This document shows, in pieces, positions 35,809 to 45,819 of a stretch of DNA of 64,000 nucleotides (positions within the stretch are counted from its first letter, which is position 1; each line of letters starts with the position of its first letter). The DNA is from Candidatus Iainarchaeum sp. Lineage in GTDB: Archaea; Iainarchaeota; Iainarchaeia; Iainarchaeales; JAXPJC01. Made by a program: the position numbers and the translations under genes. The stretch spans positions 32,001 through 96,000 of the forward strand of contig JACPJC010000005.1 of assembly GCA_016187745.1 (NCBI GenBank), written 5' to 3'. Under the pieces are notes generated by a model. It was not told the origin of the DNA and did no database searches. It saw only the letters and a list, made by a program, of their open reading frames with translations.

Positions 35809-36351
35809 ATGCGCGCACCAAAGCGGATTGGCGATGAAATAAGGCTGAAAATACTGGAAGCGCTGCTCGAGAAGGGAAGCGTTGCCCCCAACATAAGGCA
35901 GATACAGAGAAAAACAGGCTTCCACAAGGCAACAATAAAGGCATCGCTTGATTTCCTCGCGAAGGAAGGCCTGCTCCAGGGCTATGGCCCGAAAATAAAT
36001 TTCCATTCCCTCGGCTACAAGCTTGAAACAACAGTTTTGCTGCAGGCTGACATGTCCGAGAAAAAGACCTTTGATGAGCTTGTGGAAAGAATAAAAAAGG
36101 ATCCGCATATCTATCAGTTAGCATCAGTAATAGGCTCCGGGAACTGGAACCTGCTTGCAAGGCACATCTACAAGGATGTTGAATCCTACCACAACAACGA
36201 CCTGAAAAATTACTATGAGGCAATTCCCGGGATTTTCAAGGTCATAAAGGACAGGCAGATATTCTATGCGACAGAGCCGTACTACAAGAGCGCCTCGCGC
36301 ACGCGCTCGATAATAGAGCTTATAAGGCGCTCAAAGGAAGGGAAGGACTGA
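35809..36351 (+). CDS. Lrp/AsnC-like regulator
   Basis: N-terminal wHTH, INFHSLGY linker and RAM-like domain. Confidence 0.8.
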   Translation: MRAPKRIGDEIRLKILEALLEKGSVAPNIRQIQRKTGFHKATIKASLDFLAKEGLLQGYGPKINFHSLGYKLETTVLLQADMSEKKTFDELVERIKKDPHIYQLASVIGSGNWNLLARHIYKDVESYHNNDLKNYYEAIPGIFKVIKDRQIFYATEPYYKSASRTRSIIELIRRSKEGKD

Positions 36352-36355
36352 AAAA

Positions 36356-37165
36356 ATGAATGTGGAAATTGACTTGCGGAAAAGCCTGAATGAAAACGCA
36401 TCGGATTACTTCAACAGGGCGAAGAAGCTGAAAAGCAAAATACACGGGCTGCAGATTGCGCTGCAGGAAACCCAGAAAAAGGCTGAAATGCTCAGGAGAA
36501 GGGAGCAGCAGCAATTGCAGAGAAAGGAAAGGGTTCCCGAGAAGCGCAGGGAAAGGGAATGGTATGAGAAATTCCACTGGTTTTTCTCCTCTGACAATTA
36601 CCTTGTTATTGCGGGAAGGGACGCGGCAAGCAATGAGCTGCTTGTAAAGAAATACATGGAGCCCAGCGATGTTTATTTCCATTCCGATATCCAGGGGGCG
36701 GCGCACTGCATAATAAAATCAACAAACAGCAAGGCCCCGGAGGCAACAATGAATGAGGCTGCGCAGTTTGCAGCTGTATTCTCAAAGGCATGGGCGCTCG
36801 GAATTGCCGCAGTTGATGTTTATTCTGTTGCGCCTGAACAGGTAAGCAAGTCCGCGAAATCCGGGGAATATCTCTCAAAGGGCGCATTTGCAATCTCCGG
36901 GAGCCGCGAATGGTACAAAAAAATGAAGCTCGAGCTTGCGGTAGGGGTGCGCAAGGAAAAGGAAGCCTATGTAGTAATTTCAGGGCCTGTTTCGGCAACG
37001 GAAAAGCATTCAATCGCGTTTGTAAGGATTGCGCAGGACTCGATGGACAGGAACGGGCTTGCAAAGCAAATCAAAGCCGCATTGGAAAAGAAGATTGAAA
37101 AGTTTGGGGCGCTCAGCCTTGATGAGATAAATTCCATGCTTCCCGGAGGGGGGAAAATTGCATAA
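36356..37165 (+). CDS. NFACT-R domain protein (truncated Rqc2/NEMF-like)
   Basis: WYEKFHWFFSSD, GRDAASNE, YFHSDIQGA, SGEYLSKGAF. Confidence 0.88.
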   Translation: MNVEIDLRKSLNENASDYFNRAKKLKSKIHGLQIALQETQKKAEMLRRREQQQLQRKERVPEKRREREWYEKFHWFFSSDNYLVIAGRDAASNELLVKKYMEPSDVYFHSDIQGAAHCIIKSTNSKAPEATMNEAAQFAAVFSKAWALGIAAVDVYSVAPEQVSKSAKSGEYLSKGAFAISGSREWYKKMKLELAVGVRKEKEAYVVISGPVSATEKHSIAFVRIAQDSMDRNGLAKQIKAALEKKIEKFGALSLDEINSMLPGGGKIA

Positions 37166-37724
37166 CGCAAGGGCGCTTGAGGAATTCGCAAAAAACAGGC
37201 TCAGGGGAATTCCCGTCCTCGGGTTTGCATGCATCCTGAGGGTCAGGCGCAATGCGGAAATAATTTCAGAAGGAATGGATTTTGATGGAAAAATCCTCCA
37301 TGCCGCAATTTACCTCCACAACCTGGGGATGGAGCAGGCGCTGAAATACAACCAGGATGCGATTGCAACCTCAATGGCGCTCGCAAAGAAATTAATGCTC
37401 AACAACAATTTCACGCAATCGGAAATTGACAGGGTACTGCACTGCATTTCCGAAGCCCACCTGAACGGAAAGCCGAAAACAGCCGAGGCAAAAATACTGC
37501 ACGATGCGAAAATGCTTGACGAATGCGGCGCCTCCGGAATCCTCAATGACTGCTATGCGCTCGCGCAGCGCAAAAAAACCTCGCCGCAAATTGCCTCGCA
37601 TTTTGCCTCAAAAGCAAGCCTGCTCAAAGGCGCATTTTTCACGCAGTCCGGAAAGGAGCTCTCAGGCGGGAGCATTGCATTATATGTGGAATTTGCAAAA
37701 TCGCTGGAAAAGGAAATCCTGTAA
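37158..37724 (+). CDS. HD-domain protein with degenerate metal ligands
   Basis: AAIYLHNLG in place of LHDIG; EAKILHDAKMLDECGASG. Confidence 0.7.
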   Translation: MHNARALEEFAKNRLRGIPVLGFACILRVRRNAEIISEGMDFDGKILHAAIYLHNLGMEQALKYNQDAIATSMALAKKLMLNNNFTQSEIDRVLHCISEAHLNGKPKTAEAKILHDAKMLDECGASGILNDCYALAQRKKTSPQIASHFASKASLLKGAFFTQSGKELSGGSIALYVEFAKSLEKEIL

Positions 37725-37773
37725 ATTTGTGCCGGATTGGACGGGTTTAAAATCCTTTGGAATTTAAGTTCTT

Positions 37774-39978
37774 ATGGAGCTGGGCAGCATGTTGGCAGGC
37801 GATAAAAAGCGCAAGGAAATTGTCCTCAGGGTGCAGGACCCTGACCCGAGCCATGTGGGGCGCAATATTGTCACGCTGAGCCGCAAGGCAAAGGAAGAGC
37901 TTGAAATTACCTCGGGAGACATTGTTGAGATTGAGGCAACCAAAAAAACTGCTGCTGTTGTATGGCCCGCAAGGCCCGAGGACGAGGGCAAGGACATTAT
38001 AAGGATGGATTCCCTCATAAGGAGAAATGCCGGAGTTGGGCTTGGAGAAAAGGTAACAATAAGGAAGGCGCACGTTGAGGAAGCAAAAAAGGTTGTTCTG
38101 GCCCCAACGCAGGAAGTTAGGATTATAGCTTCAGGCTATGACAGGATATTAAAGCGCAATTTCATCGGAAGGCCGCTCACAAAAGGCGACAGCGTATGGA
38201 TAAGCGTCTTCGGCTCCGGCTTTATTTACATTGTTACTGAAACCTCCCCGCGCGGAATAGTAAGGGTTACCGATTACACGCAGTTCATCCTGAAGGAAGA
38301 GCCGGTAAAGGAAGCCGCCGAAGGAGTCCCGAAGGTTGCCTATGAGGACATTGGGGGCCTGGAAGAGCAGGTCCAGAAAGTAAGGGAAATGATTGAACTG
38401 CCAATGCGCCATCCGGAGCTTTTCAGGCGCTTGGGGATTGACCCCCCTAAAGGCGTTTTATTGCATGGCCCCCCGGGCTGCGGAAAAACGCTCCTTGCAA
38501 AGGCAGTTGCAAATGAAACCAATGCGCATTTCATTTCCATTTCCGCCCCTGAAGTAATGAGCAAATTTGTGGGGGAGGCGGAAGAGCGCATAAGGCAGCT
38601 GTTCAAGGATGCGCAGGAAAATGCCCCGAGCATAATTTTCATTGACGAGATTGATGCGATTGCCCCAAAGCGCGAAGAGGTAATTGGGGAAGTGGAGAGA
38701 AGGGTTGTTGCCCAATTGCTTGCAGCAATGGACGGGATGGAAGCGCGCGGGAATGTTATTGTGATTGCAGCAACAAACCGCATAAATTCAATTGATGAGG
38801 CGCTGCGCAGGCCCGGAAGGTTTGACAGGGAAATAGAATTCCCGGTTCCTGACAGAAAGGGAAGGAAGGAGGTTCTCCAGATTCACACAAGGGGAATGCC
38901 GCTCGCAAAGGATGTTGACCTTGACCATTTTGCAAATATTACGCACGGGTTTGTGGGTGCAGACCTCTCCGCGCTCGGGAAAGAGGCCGCAATGAAGGCA
39001 TTGCGCAGATATCTCCCTGAAATAAACCTGGAGGATGAAACAATCCCGCAGGAAGTCCTTGAGAAGCTTGAGGTAAACAGGGAAGATTTCATAAACGGCC
39101 TTAAGGATGTCCAGCCTTCTGCGCTCAGGGAAGTTACAATTGAAATCCCGAATGTGAAGTGGGAGGACATTGGCGCACTGGACCATGTGAAAGAGGAACT
39201 GCGCCAGGCGGTTGAATGGCCGCTGCAGAACCCGGAGGCATTCAAGAAATTAGGCATAAAGCCCCCGAAAGGAATTCTGCTTTACGGGCCTCCGGGCTGC
39301 GGAAAAACCCTTATTGCAAAGGCGCTCGCAACTGAAAGCGGGATAAATTTCATTTCAATAAAAGGCCCTGAGCTCCTGAGCATGTATGTCGGGGAAAGCG
39401 AGCGCGGGATAAGAAAAGTCTTCAGGCGCGCAAGGCAAGTGGCCCCTGTAATAGTATTCTTTGATGAAATTGATTCAATTGCAAGCAGGCGCGGCGCACA
39501 CACTGATTCCGGGGTAACGGAAAGGGTTGTAAATCAATTGCTTACAGAGCTTGATGGAATAGAAAACCTCAAGGATGTTATTTTTGTTGCCGCAACAAAC
39601 CGCCCCGATTTGATGGATCCGGGATTATTGCGCCCGGGTAGGATTGACAAGATAATCAAGATTGACGCGCCCGAGAAAAAGGCAAGGCTTGAAATACTGA
39701 GAATACACACAAAGAAAATCCCCCTTGACAGGAATGTCCCGCTTGAGGAGCTTGCGGAAAAAACCGAAGGATACAGCGGCGCGGACCTTGAGGGATTGGT
39801 AAGGGAAGCCGCGCTGATTGCGCTTAAGGAAAGCGGAATGAAAGTTGAGAAAGTTGATAAAAAGCACTTTGCGCAGGCAATGCAGAAAATTCTCCCGAGC
39901 ATAAGCAAGGAAACAACAGAGGCGTATGACGAATTCAGGAACAGCTATTCCACATACAAGCCGAGCTATGTAGGCTAA
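37774..39978 (+). CDS. cdc48: Cdc48/VCP AAA+ ATPase
   Basis: N-domain plus two AAA modules (GPPGCGKT twice, RRPGRFDRE). Confidence 0.97.
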   Translation: MELGSMLAGDKKRKEIVLRVQDPDPSHVGRNIVTLSRKAKEELEITSGDIVEIEATKKTAAVVWPARPEDEGKDIIRMDSLIRRNAGVGLGEKVTIRKAHVEEAKKVVLAPTQEVRIIASGYDRILKRNFIGRPLTKGDSVWISVFGSGFIYIVTETSPRGIVRVTDYTQFILKEEPVKEAAEGVPKVAYEDIGGLEEQVQKVREMIELPMRHPELFRRLGIDPPKGVLLHGPPGCGKTLLAKAVANETNAHFISISAPEVMSKFVGEAEERIRQLFKDAQENAPSIIFIDEIDAIAPKREEVIGEVERRVVAQLLAAMDGMEARGNVIVIAATNRINSIDEALRRPGRFDREIEFPVPDRKGRKEVLQIHTRGMPLAKDVDLDHFANITHGFVGADLSALGKEAAMKALRRYLPEINLEDETIPQEVLEKLEVNREDFINGLKDVQPSALREVTIEIPNVKWEDIGALDHVKEELRQAVEWPLQNPEAFKKLGIKPPKGILLYGPPGCGKTLIAKALATESGINFISIKGPELLSMYVGESERGIRKVFRRARQVAPVIVFFDEIDSIASRRGAHTDSGVTERVVNQLLTELDGIENLKDVIFVAATNRPDLMDPGLLRPGRIDKIIKIDAPEKKARLEILRIHTKKIPLDRNVPLEELAEKTEGYSGADLEGLVREAALIALKESGMKVEKVDKKHFAQAMQKILPSISKETTEAYDEFRNSYSTYKPSYVG

Positions 39979-40044
39979 CCAATCCTTTCTCTTTTAAAAA
40001 AAAGAAAGTCTAGGTGTTACCTAAAGAGAAAAAAGGTTCAAGTT
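39978..40044 (+). repeat. Dispersed ~70 bp intergenic repeat, copy B
   Basis: accaatcctttctctttt-aaaagaaag-tctaggtgttacc-aaagagaaaaaaggttcaagtt, similar to 6391-6460. Confidence 0.75.
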
Positions 40045-40049
40045 TCTGA

Positions 40050-40643
40050 TTAAAAAACCAGCCCCGGCAGAAATGCAATTACAGCGCTCGGCACGAACAA
40101 AATTCCCCAGACCAAGGGATTCCATGAAATTACCTTTGTGCCATCCAACGGCCCGAAGGGAAGCAGGTTGAAGGCAGCGAGGAAAAGATTCACGCGCATC
40201 CCAATTCCAGCAATCGCTGCAACAAGCGGCGAAAATGGCAGAACAAGAATTGAAACCAGAAGGAATATGGCCGCAATTATTATGTTTGTAAGCGGCCCCG
40301 CGGCTGAAATTATTCCGTTTTCTTTCCTCCCTAAATTCTCGCCAAATATGTAAACCGCGCCAGGCGCTGCGAAAACAAACCCGCCGTTTGTAAGCAATGA
40401 AAGCAGAAGCGCCAGCCCCAATCCATAGGGCCATGCGAAATACTCGGCATGGCTGCCGTAATGGATTGCGGTGTATTTGTGCGCAAGCTCATGCAATACA
40501 AATCCAGTGCCTACTGCTATAATCACTGCAACAAATGAAATTGCAATCCAATAAAGCGGCGGTAGGGGAAAGCCGGGCCATGCGAATGCTATTGCTATTA
40601 CAAGCATTGAAAGCAATATGTCGCGGACTTCGCGCGGGTTCAT
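40050..40643 (-). CDS. Site-2 protease (M50) intramembrane metalloprotease
   Basis: HELAH, AAGPLTN and FNLLPFGPLDG. Confidence 0.94.
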   Translation of the reverse strand: MNPREVRDILLSMLVIAIAFAWPGFPLPPLYWIAISFVAVIIAVGTGFVLHELAHKYTAIHYGSHAEYFAWPYGLGLALLLSLLTNGGFVFAAPGAVYIFGENLGRKENGIISAAGPLTNIIIAAIFLLVSILVLPFSPLVAAIAGIGMRVNLFLAAFNLLPFGPLDGTKVISWNPLVWGILFVPSAVIAFLPGLVF

Positions 40644-40686
40644 GGTTAAATTAGAATGCAAAATGCTTTAAATTCTATTTCTGAAT

Positions 40687-41007
40687 TTATTTGGCTATCA
40701 TTTCGAGTTTCTTCTCAGATATGACTTTAAGCATCACCTTCTCCCCGCTTTTCAGCTCCAGCGCCTCCTCTATTCTTTTAGGAATCCTTACAATCAGATT
40801 GCTCCTAATTCTTCCAAGCTTTACCTCAAGCGCAGCACTCTTCAACTTATTCTGGAGAAGAAGCCTCTCGGCCTGTATTGGCTCAAGATACTCCTCCCCG
40901 CACTTGCACTTCCATCCATCTATCTCGCTGCCCTGAATTCTCAGCCTTGCCCCGTAAGCTTTCTTGCCGCATCTGGCGCAAATCATCCAATTTTCATTAT
41001 CCTTCAT
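40687..41007 (-). CDS. Zn-finger plus AbrB/MazE-domain putative antitoxin
   Basis: CARCG...CKCGEEY followed by SNLIVRIPKRIEEALELKSGEKV. Confidence 0.8.
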   Translation of the reverse strand: MKDNENWMICARCGKKAYGARLRIQGSEIDGWKCKCGEEYLEPIQAERLLLQNKLKSAALEVKLGRIRSNLIVRIPKRIEEALELKSGEKVMLKVISEKKLEMIAK

Positions 41008-41008
41008 T

Positions 41009-41254
41009 TTAGAAAACCCCGGCATGAATTATCAGCCAACACCCTGTTCTGTAAAAGTTGTTGTATGCATTAACAACCACAACCTTTAATGTTTTGTTCC
41101 CTCTCCAAATGCATTTTTCAATCACATCCTTCTTTCTTCTGCCGCTTCCGCAATCAAACCCATATTCCAAAATTTCAGCAACATCACACAATGAAATGCC
41201 GCATTGCTCCAATTCAGTGAAAGCGCTTCTTGATGGAATTACCGGCAATCCCAT
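41009..41254 (-). CDS. DUF4258/BrnT-like putative toxin
   Basis: SRSAFTELEQCGISLCDVAEIL...LKVVV...WLIIHAG; directly upstream of the Zn-finger/AbrB gene. Confidence 0.6.
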   Translation of the reverse strand: MGLPVIPSRSAFTELEQCGISLCDVAEILEYGFDCGSGRRKKDVIEKCIWRGNKTLKVVVVNAYNNFYRTGCWLIIHAGVF

Positions 41255-41392
41255 GTAGCGCGGATAAATTACAAAGTCATTATACATATGTAATCAGCAT
41301 ATGTTATTAAAATATGTTTTTACAATCCATTTATATATCGTTAATCAACGAAATATTTAAAATACCTTCCATTCAGTATATGTATGATTTTT

Positions 41393-41560
41393 ATGGATTG
41401 CAAAGCACAAATCTCAATAGAAATGATAATAGTTCTTGCGGCAGTTGTTGCAATTGTATTGCTGCTGGTTTCGCAGCTGCAGCAGACGAGCAAGCAGGGC
41501 GCCGATGTGATAAAAAAGAAAACCGACGACATCTTCAAGGAAATAACGGACATAGCCTAG
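41393..41560 (+). CDS. Short type IV pilin-like protein with class III signal peptide, 55 aa
   Basis: Manual translation MDCKA|QISIEMIIVLAAVVAIVLLLVSQLQQTSKQGADVIKKKTDDIFKEITDIA; Q+1 and E+5. Confidence 0.85.
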   Translation: MDCKAQISIEMIIVLAAVVAIVLLLVSQLQQTSKQGADVIKKKTDDIFKEITDIA

Positions 41561-41565
41561 GGAAA

Positions 41566-42000
41566 ATGCGGAAAATTGAAGTGCACAGCAGGGCGCAGCT
41601 TTCTCTGGAATACATGCTCCTGCTTGCTGCATTTTTCTCAGCGCTGCTGGTTTTCATGCCGGTAATTGCGAGCCTGCACGCAAATGCCGTTTTTGCAAGC
41701 GATGTGCAGAATGCGCAGAACTTCATGGGCGGGCTGGAAAGCGCTTCGGAAAAAATGCTCATCCTTGGCAGCGGCTCGCAGCTGGAATTAACCGCAAAAG
41801 TCCTTACCGCATGGGACTTGGAAATAAGCGGGCCAAAAGCAGTCCTAAATATCAGGTCAGAAAGCGCTGGCAAAAGCAAAACCATTGAGGCAGAGCTTGC
41901 TGCTCCCCTTGAGTTGGGCCGGAGAACATTCACTTCAGGATTCAGCATGCTGCTGAAAAATGAGGACGGGAAAATCACAATCAGGCAGGCTCAGCCGTAA
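41566..42000 (+). CDS. Pilin-like protein with class III signal peptide
   Basis: MRKIEVHSRA|QLSLEYMLLLAAFF; true start inside the track ORF 41314-42000. Confidence 0.85.
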   Translation: MRKIEVHSRAQLSLEYMLLLAAFFSALLVFMPVIASLHANAVFASDVQNAQNFMGGLESASEKMLILGSGSQLELTAKVLTAWDLEISGPKAVLNIRSESAGKSKTIEAELAAPLELGRRTFTSGFSMLLKNEDGKITIRQAQP

Positions 42001-42347
42001 ATGCTTATGCTTATCTCAACCGCATTCAATTCCCCATCAAGCGCAAATCCCGATGCCGAATAAGTCTCCCTGTGCCTTCCTCCGGGCTTCCCGACAGCAA
42101 TCCTTTCATTTCCAAGCCCTATCTCCCCTGAAGAATTCGGAAAAACGAATTCAAAATCCGCCTTCATCCCATCCAAATCAAAATCCCTTTCAAAGAGCCA
42201 TGCCTTAAGCAGGTCATCCTCTTTCTGCAGGATGTGCAGCTCATCCAAATCTTCCATTTTATTCTGCATGGGGATTGAGAGTATTGCAAACAGGATGAGC
42301 AGGCTCAGCATCGCCTCAAATGCAAGGTAAATTCCCCTGCGCTTCAT
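41991..42347 (-). CDS. Minor pilin-like protein
   Basis: MKRRG|IYLAFEAMLSLLILFAIL; ATGA overlap with the upstream gene. Confidence 0.7.
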   Translation of the reverse strand: MKRRGIYLAFEAMLSLLILFAILSIPMQNKMEDLDELHILQKEDDLLKAWLFERDFDLDGMKADFEFVFPNSSGEIGLGNERIAVGKPGGRHRETYSASGFALDGELNAVEISISIYG

Positions 42348-42805
42348 TTTCCAACCCCGCACATCAAAAACAGAATTTTCGCTTTCCCATCCCCGGAATC
42401 ATTCCTTATATGAACAAGCCTCTCAACAGCGGAGCAGTTATTTTTATTTCCGCTTTCCGAAATGACCTCTTTTTTTCCATCAACATATTCAAGCGCAATT
42501 TTCCCGATAAGGAATTTCTCATTTTCCGGCTTTTGCGAGCCGCTTTTTTTGAGCAGCCCGTAATCAATCACATTATCCAGAACCCTGCGCCTTTCCATAT
42601 CATAAACCGCGAAAGAATCCTTCACTGAAGAATCTGCAAACGAGAATGCGTTCTGGTAGAATGAAAACTCCCCAAGCGCATCTGCGTCCTGCGCCGCAAT
42701 CAAATTAAAATTAAGGAGCATGAAATACAGCATTGCGCACATTATGAAAAACGCCAGCAGCAGGTCAAAGCTGAAAAGCAATCCCAGCTCATTTATAGTG
42801 CGCAT
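42344..42805 (-). CDS. Minor pilin-like protein
   Basis: NELG|LLFSFDLLLAFFIMCAML. Confidence 0.65.
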   Translation of the reverse strand: MRTINELGLLFSFDLLLAFFIMCAMLYFMLLNFNLIAAQDADALGEFSFYQNAFSFADSSVKDSFAVYDMERRRVLDNVIDYGLLKKSGSQKPENEKFLIGKIALEYVDGKKEVISESGNKNNCSAVERLVHIRNDSGDGKAKILFLMCGVGK

Positions 42806-43133
42806 TTGTTTTCACCCATATTTTGGTCCCGCCCAGTGATTCCACGTTTGTTGCATCCCCATAAAGCAGGAAAGCGTCTGCCTCCTGCCCCGCATATTTG
42901 CTTGCAATTTTATTTCCCTTTATGAAGCAGCTTATTTCAATATTTGTGAGATTTCCTCCCTCCGCGGAATAAAGCCCGTTTACAAGGGCGGCGCATTTCT
43001 CCGCATTTATTTTTGCTGTTGCGTAATCCCTGCTGCTGCCTGCTCCGCTGCCCGCATTCTGCAGTGCGCCAGCAAAAACCCCGATGATTGCGAGGAAGGC
43101 GGCAAATGCGATCAGTGCCTCATAGCTCTGCAT
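42789..43133 (-). CDS. Pilin-like protein lacking a basic leader
   Basis: MQSYEALIAFAAFLAIIGVF; Cys pair in the head domain. Confidence 0.6.
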   Translation of the reverse strand: MQSYEALIAFAAFLAIIGVFAGALQNAGSGAGSSRDYATAKINAEKCAALVNGLYSAEGGNLTNIEISCFIKGNKIASKYAGQEADAFLLYGDATNVESLGGTKIWVKTNAHYK

Positions 43134-43135
43134 TT

Positions 43136-43702
43136 TTATGCCTCCGCGGTTATTGCATAATCAAATGGAATTGCAAAAACCTGCAAATAATTTCCATATG
43201 CAATTTCCGCAAAAACAGCCCTGTCCTTGAATATTCCCCCGGTGTATGAAAATTCCGCGCTATAACCCTCCAAATCCTTGACAACAATCACCTTGCTGTT
43301 TGCGCAAATGTCAGATTCCTGCAAGGGCGCTTTTACTTTCAAAGGCAGCTCCTGATACTCGGAAGAGCTTGCAAAGGCCGAATAGAATTTTATTGAAGGG
43401 TGCGCCGCATATGCCGATTCCACATCCGTAAAATAGCCGAACAGCGCCGAGCAGATTTTTCCCCTTATTGTCTCGGGGTCGTAATTCCCGCCCTTCAGCT
43501 CATTTTCCATGACCCTTTCAATCAGGAAATCTGAATTCTGCTCAATCTCATTGCGCACATAAGAAGCCTTTTCCATCTGCATCAGCAGCGCCTGCGTTTT
43601 CCCAATCTCCATTGCAATTTCGTTCTGCGCCCCGAGCATTGCAAACTCCATGGCAATGAACAGCAGGACAAGCACGAAGCTCAATATGCCCCTTGAGCGC
43701 AT
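43136..43702 (-). CDS. Minor pilin-like protein
   Basis: MRSRG|ILSFVLVLLFIAMEFAML. Confidence 0.65.
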   Translation of the reverse strand: MRSRGILSFVLVLLFIAMEFAMLGAQNEIAMEIGKTQALLMQMEKASYVRNEIEQNSDFLIERVMENELKGGNYDPETIRGKICSALFGYFTDVESAYAAHPSIKFYSAFASSSEYQELPLKVKAPLQESDICANSKVIVVKDLEGYSAEFSYTGGIFKDRAVFAEIAYGNYLQVFAIPFDYAITAEA

Positions 43703-43727
43703 GCAATAATTATGGAGAAATAGCTTT

Positions 43728-44345
43728 TTATTTATTTCGCTTATCAACGAAATATGATGCTTTGGGCATTTTGCGCATTTTCATGATGCAAAACGCAATC
43801 AAGAGCCCAAGCGCAATAATTACCGCAATATACAAAACAACATCAGCAAAGCCCGCAGCGGAAACTGCCTGCGCAGCTGCCTTTTCCGCAATGCCCTTCA
43901 CAACTTCATTTTTGCCTGCTTCCAGCGCAGGCGCCGAAGCGCCCGTAAGCCCCTGGCTCATCTCAGGCGCGCCTGAGGCAATAGGTTTTGCGGCTCCCAC
44001 AAATAAAACCCAGAATTTCGAAATGAACTCATAAAGCAGCCCAACCATTGCAAGCGATGCAAGCGCCAGAACTATAAGTATGCTGGCTTCAGCCTTCCCC
44101 ACAAGCGCCTTGCTCTTATTGCTCAGCGTATAGTATTTCCACTTGTGCCTGCTTTCAATCTGCTCAACAAGCCCGGCCTTCCCAAGCGTGCCAAGATGCT
44201 GCTTTATTGTTGGCGAGGACATTCCAAGCTTTGCAGCCAGCTCGCTGAGATTGTGGTTCCTGACTGCAAGCAGCTTTATTATGTCAACGCGCGTTTTGGA
44301 AGAGAGCGCCTTGAACTCGTTTGCGCCCAATGCAACTTCAGCCAT
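43728..44345 (-). CDS. Membrane-anchored ArsR-family wHTH regulator
   Basis: FKALSSKTRVDIIKLL...HLGTLGKAGLV...KWKYY followed by two TM helices. Confidence 0.88.
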   Translation of the reverse strand: MAEVALGANEFKALSSKTRVDIIKLLAVRNHNLSELAAKLGMSSPTIKQHLGTLGKAGLVEQIESRHKWKYYTLSNKSKALVGKAEASILIVLALASLAMVGLLYEFISKFWVLFVGAAKPIASGAPEMSQGLTGASAPALEAGKNEVVKGIAEKAAAQAVSAAGFADVVLYIAVIIALGLLIAFCIMKMRKMPKASYFVDKRNK

Positions 44346-44391
44346 GATTCTATTAATTGTTAAAAGGAATTTATAACCCTTCTTATTTTAC

Positions 44392-44407
44392 TTAGGCAAA
44401 TGCCTAA
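44392..44407. promoter_or_regulatory. Palindromic operator upstream of the ArsR-TM promoter
   Basis: ttaggca-aa-tgcctaa, just upstream of a minus-strand TATA (ttataaa near 44369-44375). Confidence 0.5.
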
Positions 44408-44411
44408 CTAA

Positions 44412-44915
44412 CTATTGTCTTTTATTTGATATAATGCGCCTAATCGCAGCAATTTGTGCATGTTGCTTGCCAAGAATTGTTTTAAACAATTTTACAGATT
44501 CTTCATTGCTAGTCGCATTCCTAACAAGGTTATCAATGTTGTCAAATTTATCTAGTACTTGCTGCTGCACTTCCTGCCTTTCAGGACCAGATATTTTATC
44601 AGGGTGTTGCAAATCCTGTGATAAATTAACTATATTTTGAAATTCATTGTGAATGAGGCCTCTATAATAGCGGTCCTGTGGTATCTTCTGATTAAGCCCT
44701 ATTGCACTCAATGCTTCGCTCACAGCAATTCTAGTATTGAGGCCGAATCTTTTTCTAGCTGAATAGTCAATCCAGTTTCCCCCCTCTTTGGAAATTTTTT
44801 CTGCTCTACTTGCAATTTTTTGTTCATGTTTACTAAATGTTTTTTTTAAGGCTCTATCAGTCGGCCCTAGAAGGCCTCTTCTAATAATTCTTTGAATTCC
44901 CTTCGCCCCAGTCAT
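44412..44915 (-). CDS. Hypothetical protein (AT-rich orphan)
   Basis: 167 aa ORF with gtga SD-like element; no recognisable motif. Confidence 0.65.
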   Translation of the reverse strand: MTGAKGIQRIIRRGLLGPTDRALKKTFSKHEQKIASRAEKISKEGGNWIDYSARKRFGLNTRIAVSEALSAIGLNQKIPQDRYYRGLIHNEFQNIVNLSQDLQHPDKISGPERQEVQQQVLDKFDNIDNLVRNATSNEESVKLFKTILGKQHAQIAAIRRIISNKRQ

Positions 44916-44978
44916 TGTTTCACATTGATTTATTGTACAACCTTATTAATAACAATTTCTCATAACAAAAAGAAATAT

Positions 44979-45815
44979 CTATAATTTCTCCCAGTATTTT
45001 TTCATCAGCAGCGCGTCCTCTTCCAGATTTGGGGATTCGCAAATAATGCAGCCTGATGCATTTTCCCCGCGAAGCGCTTCCAAAAGCCATTTGTAGTTGA
45101 AGCTGTTCCCAATTTCCTGCATATTCATATGGTTCCTTTCCCCCTTTGCGCTGAAATTTATTCCAGAAACATGCATCTGCAGGTTTTCCAAAAACTTTCT
45201 GTTTGATTTTTTGATTTCATTTATCGCTTCTGCAAAATCCCTTTTTGTTTTAAACCTTCCATTCTCCCGCGCGTGCAGGTGCGAAAAATCAACCATCGGC
45301 ATTATTTCAGGAATGCGCCTGCACAATTCAAGCGTTTCCGAAAGCGAACCAAATTGCGAGCCCTTTCCTGTTGTTTCAGGCGCAAGCCTTATGTTCATTT
45401 TTTCCTTTTCCATTCCCCCAAGGATGTCATTGACTGCGCTTTCAACAGCCCGCATGCACTCCTCCCTGCCGCTCCCCCCGTAATATGCGGGATGGAACGT
45501 TACAATCTTAGCCCCGCAGATTTCCCCAATCCTTGCGGAATCAAAAATCCTTTTCTTGCTCGCCTCAATTTTCTTTTGTTCAGCAGAAGTCAGATTTATG
45601 AAATAGGGTGCATGCACGCGGAGCATTACATTATTGTCCCTTGCCGCATTCCCAACAGAATGCGCAGTTCCCTCGCTCATGTGCACCCCCCGCACAAATT
45701 CAAGCTCCATCGCATCAAGCCTGAGCGCTGAAACCCTTTCAATCCCGCTTATTGAATCGGGTCCGCCCGAGGAGTGAGGAACCCCCGCAGTGCCAAAAAG
45801 CATTTTTGCTTTCAT
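44979..45815 (-). CDS. nfo: Endonuclease IV (AP endonuclease 2 TIM barrel)
   Basis: MELEFVRG, HAPYFINL, ETTGKGSQFG, DFSHLHAR, ICESP. Confidence 0.9.
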   Translation of the reverse strand: MKAKMLFGTAGVPHSSGGPDSISGIERVSALRLDAMELEFVRGVHMSEGTAHSVGNAARDNNVMLRVHAPYFINLTSAEQKKIEASKKRIFDSARIGEICGAKIVTFHPAYYGGSGREECMRAVESAVNDILGGMEKEKMNIRLAPETTGKGSQFGSLSETLELCRRIPEIMPMVDFSHLHARENGRFKTKRDFAEAINEIKKSNRKFLENLQMHVSGINFSAKGERNHMNMQEIGNSFNYKWLLEALRGENASGCIICESPNLEEDALLMKKYWEKL

Positions 45816-45819
45816 GCTT

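Noticed and set aside
41314-41565. N-terminal part of the 228 aa track ORF (Cys-rich SSCGSCCNC)
   Set aside because: It is an off-frame reading of the real 55 aa pilin gene; the second pilin starts at 41566
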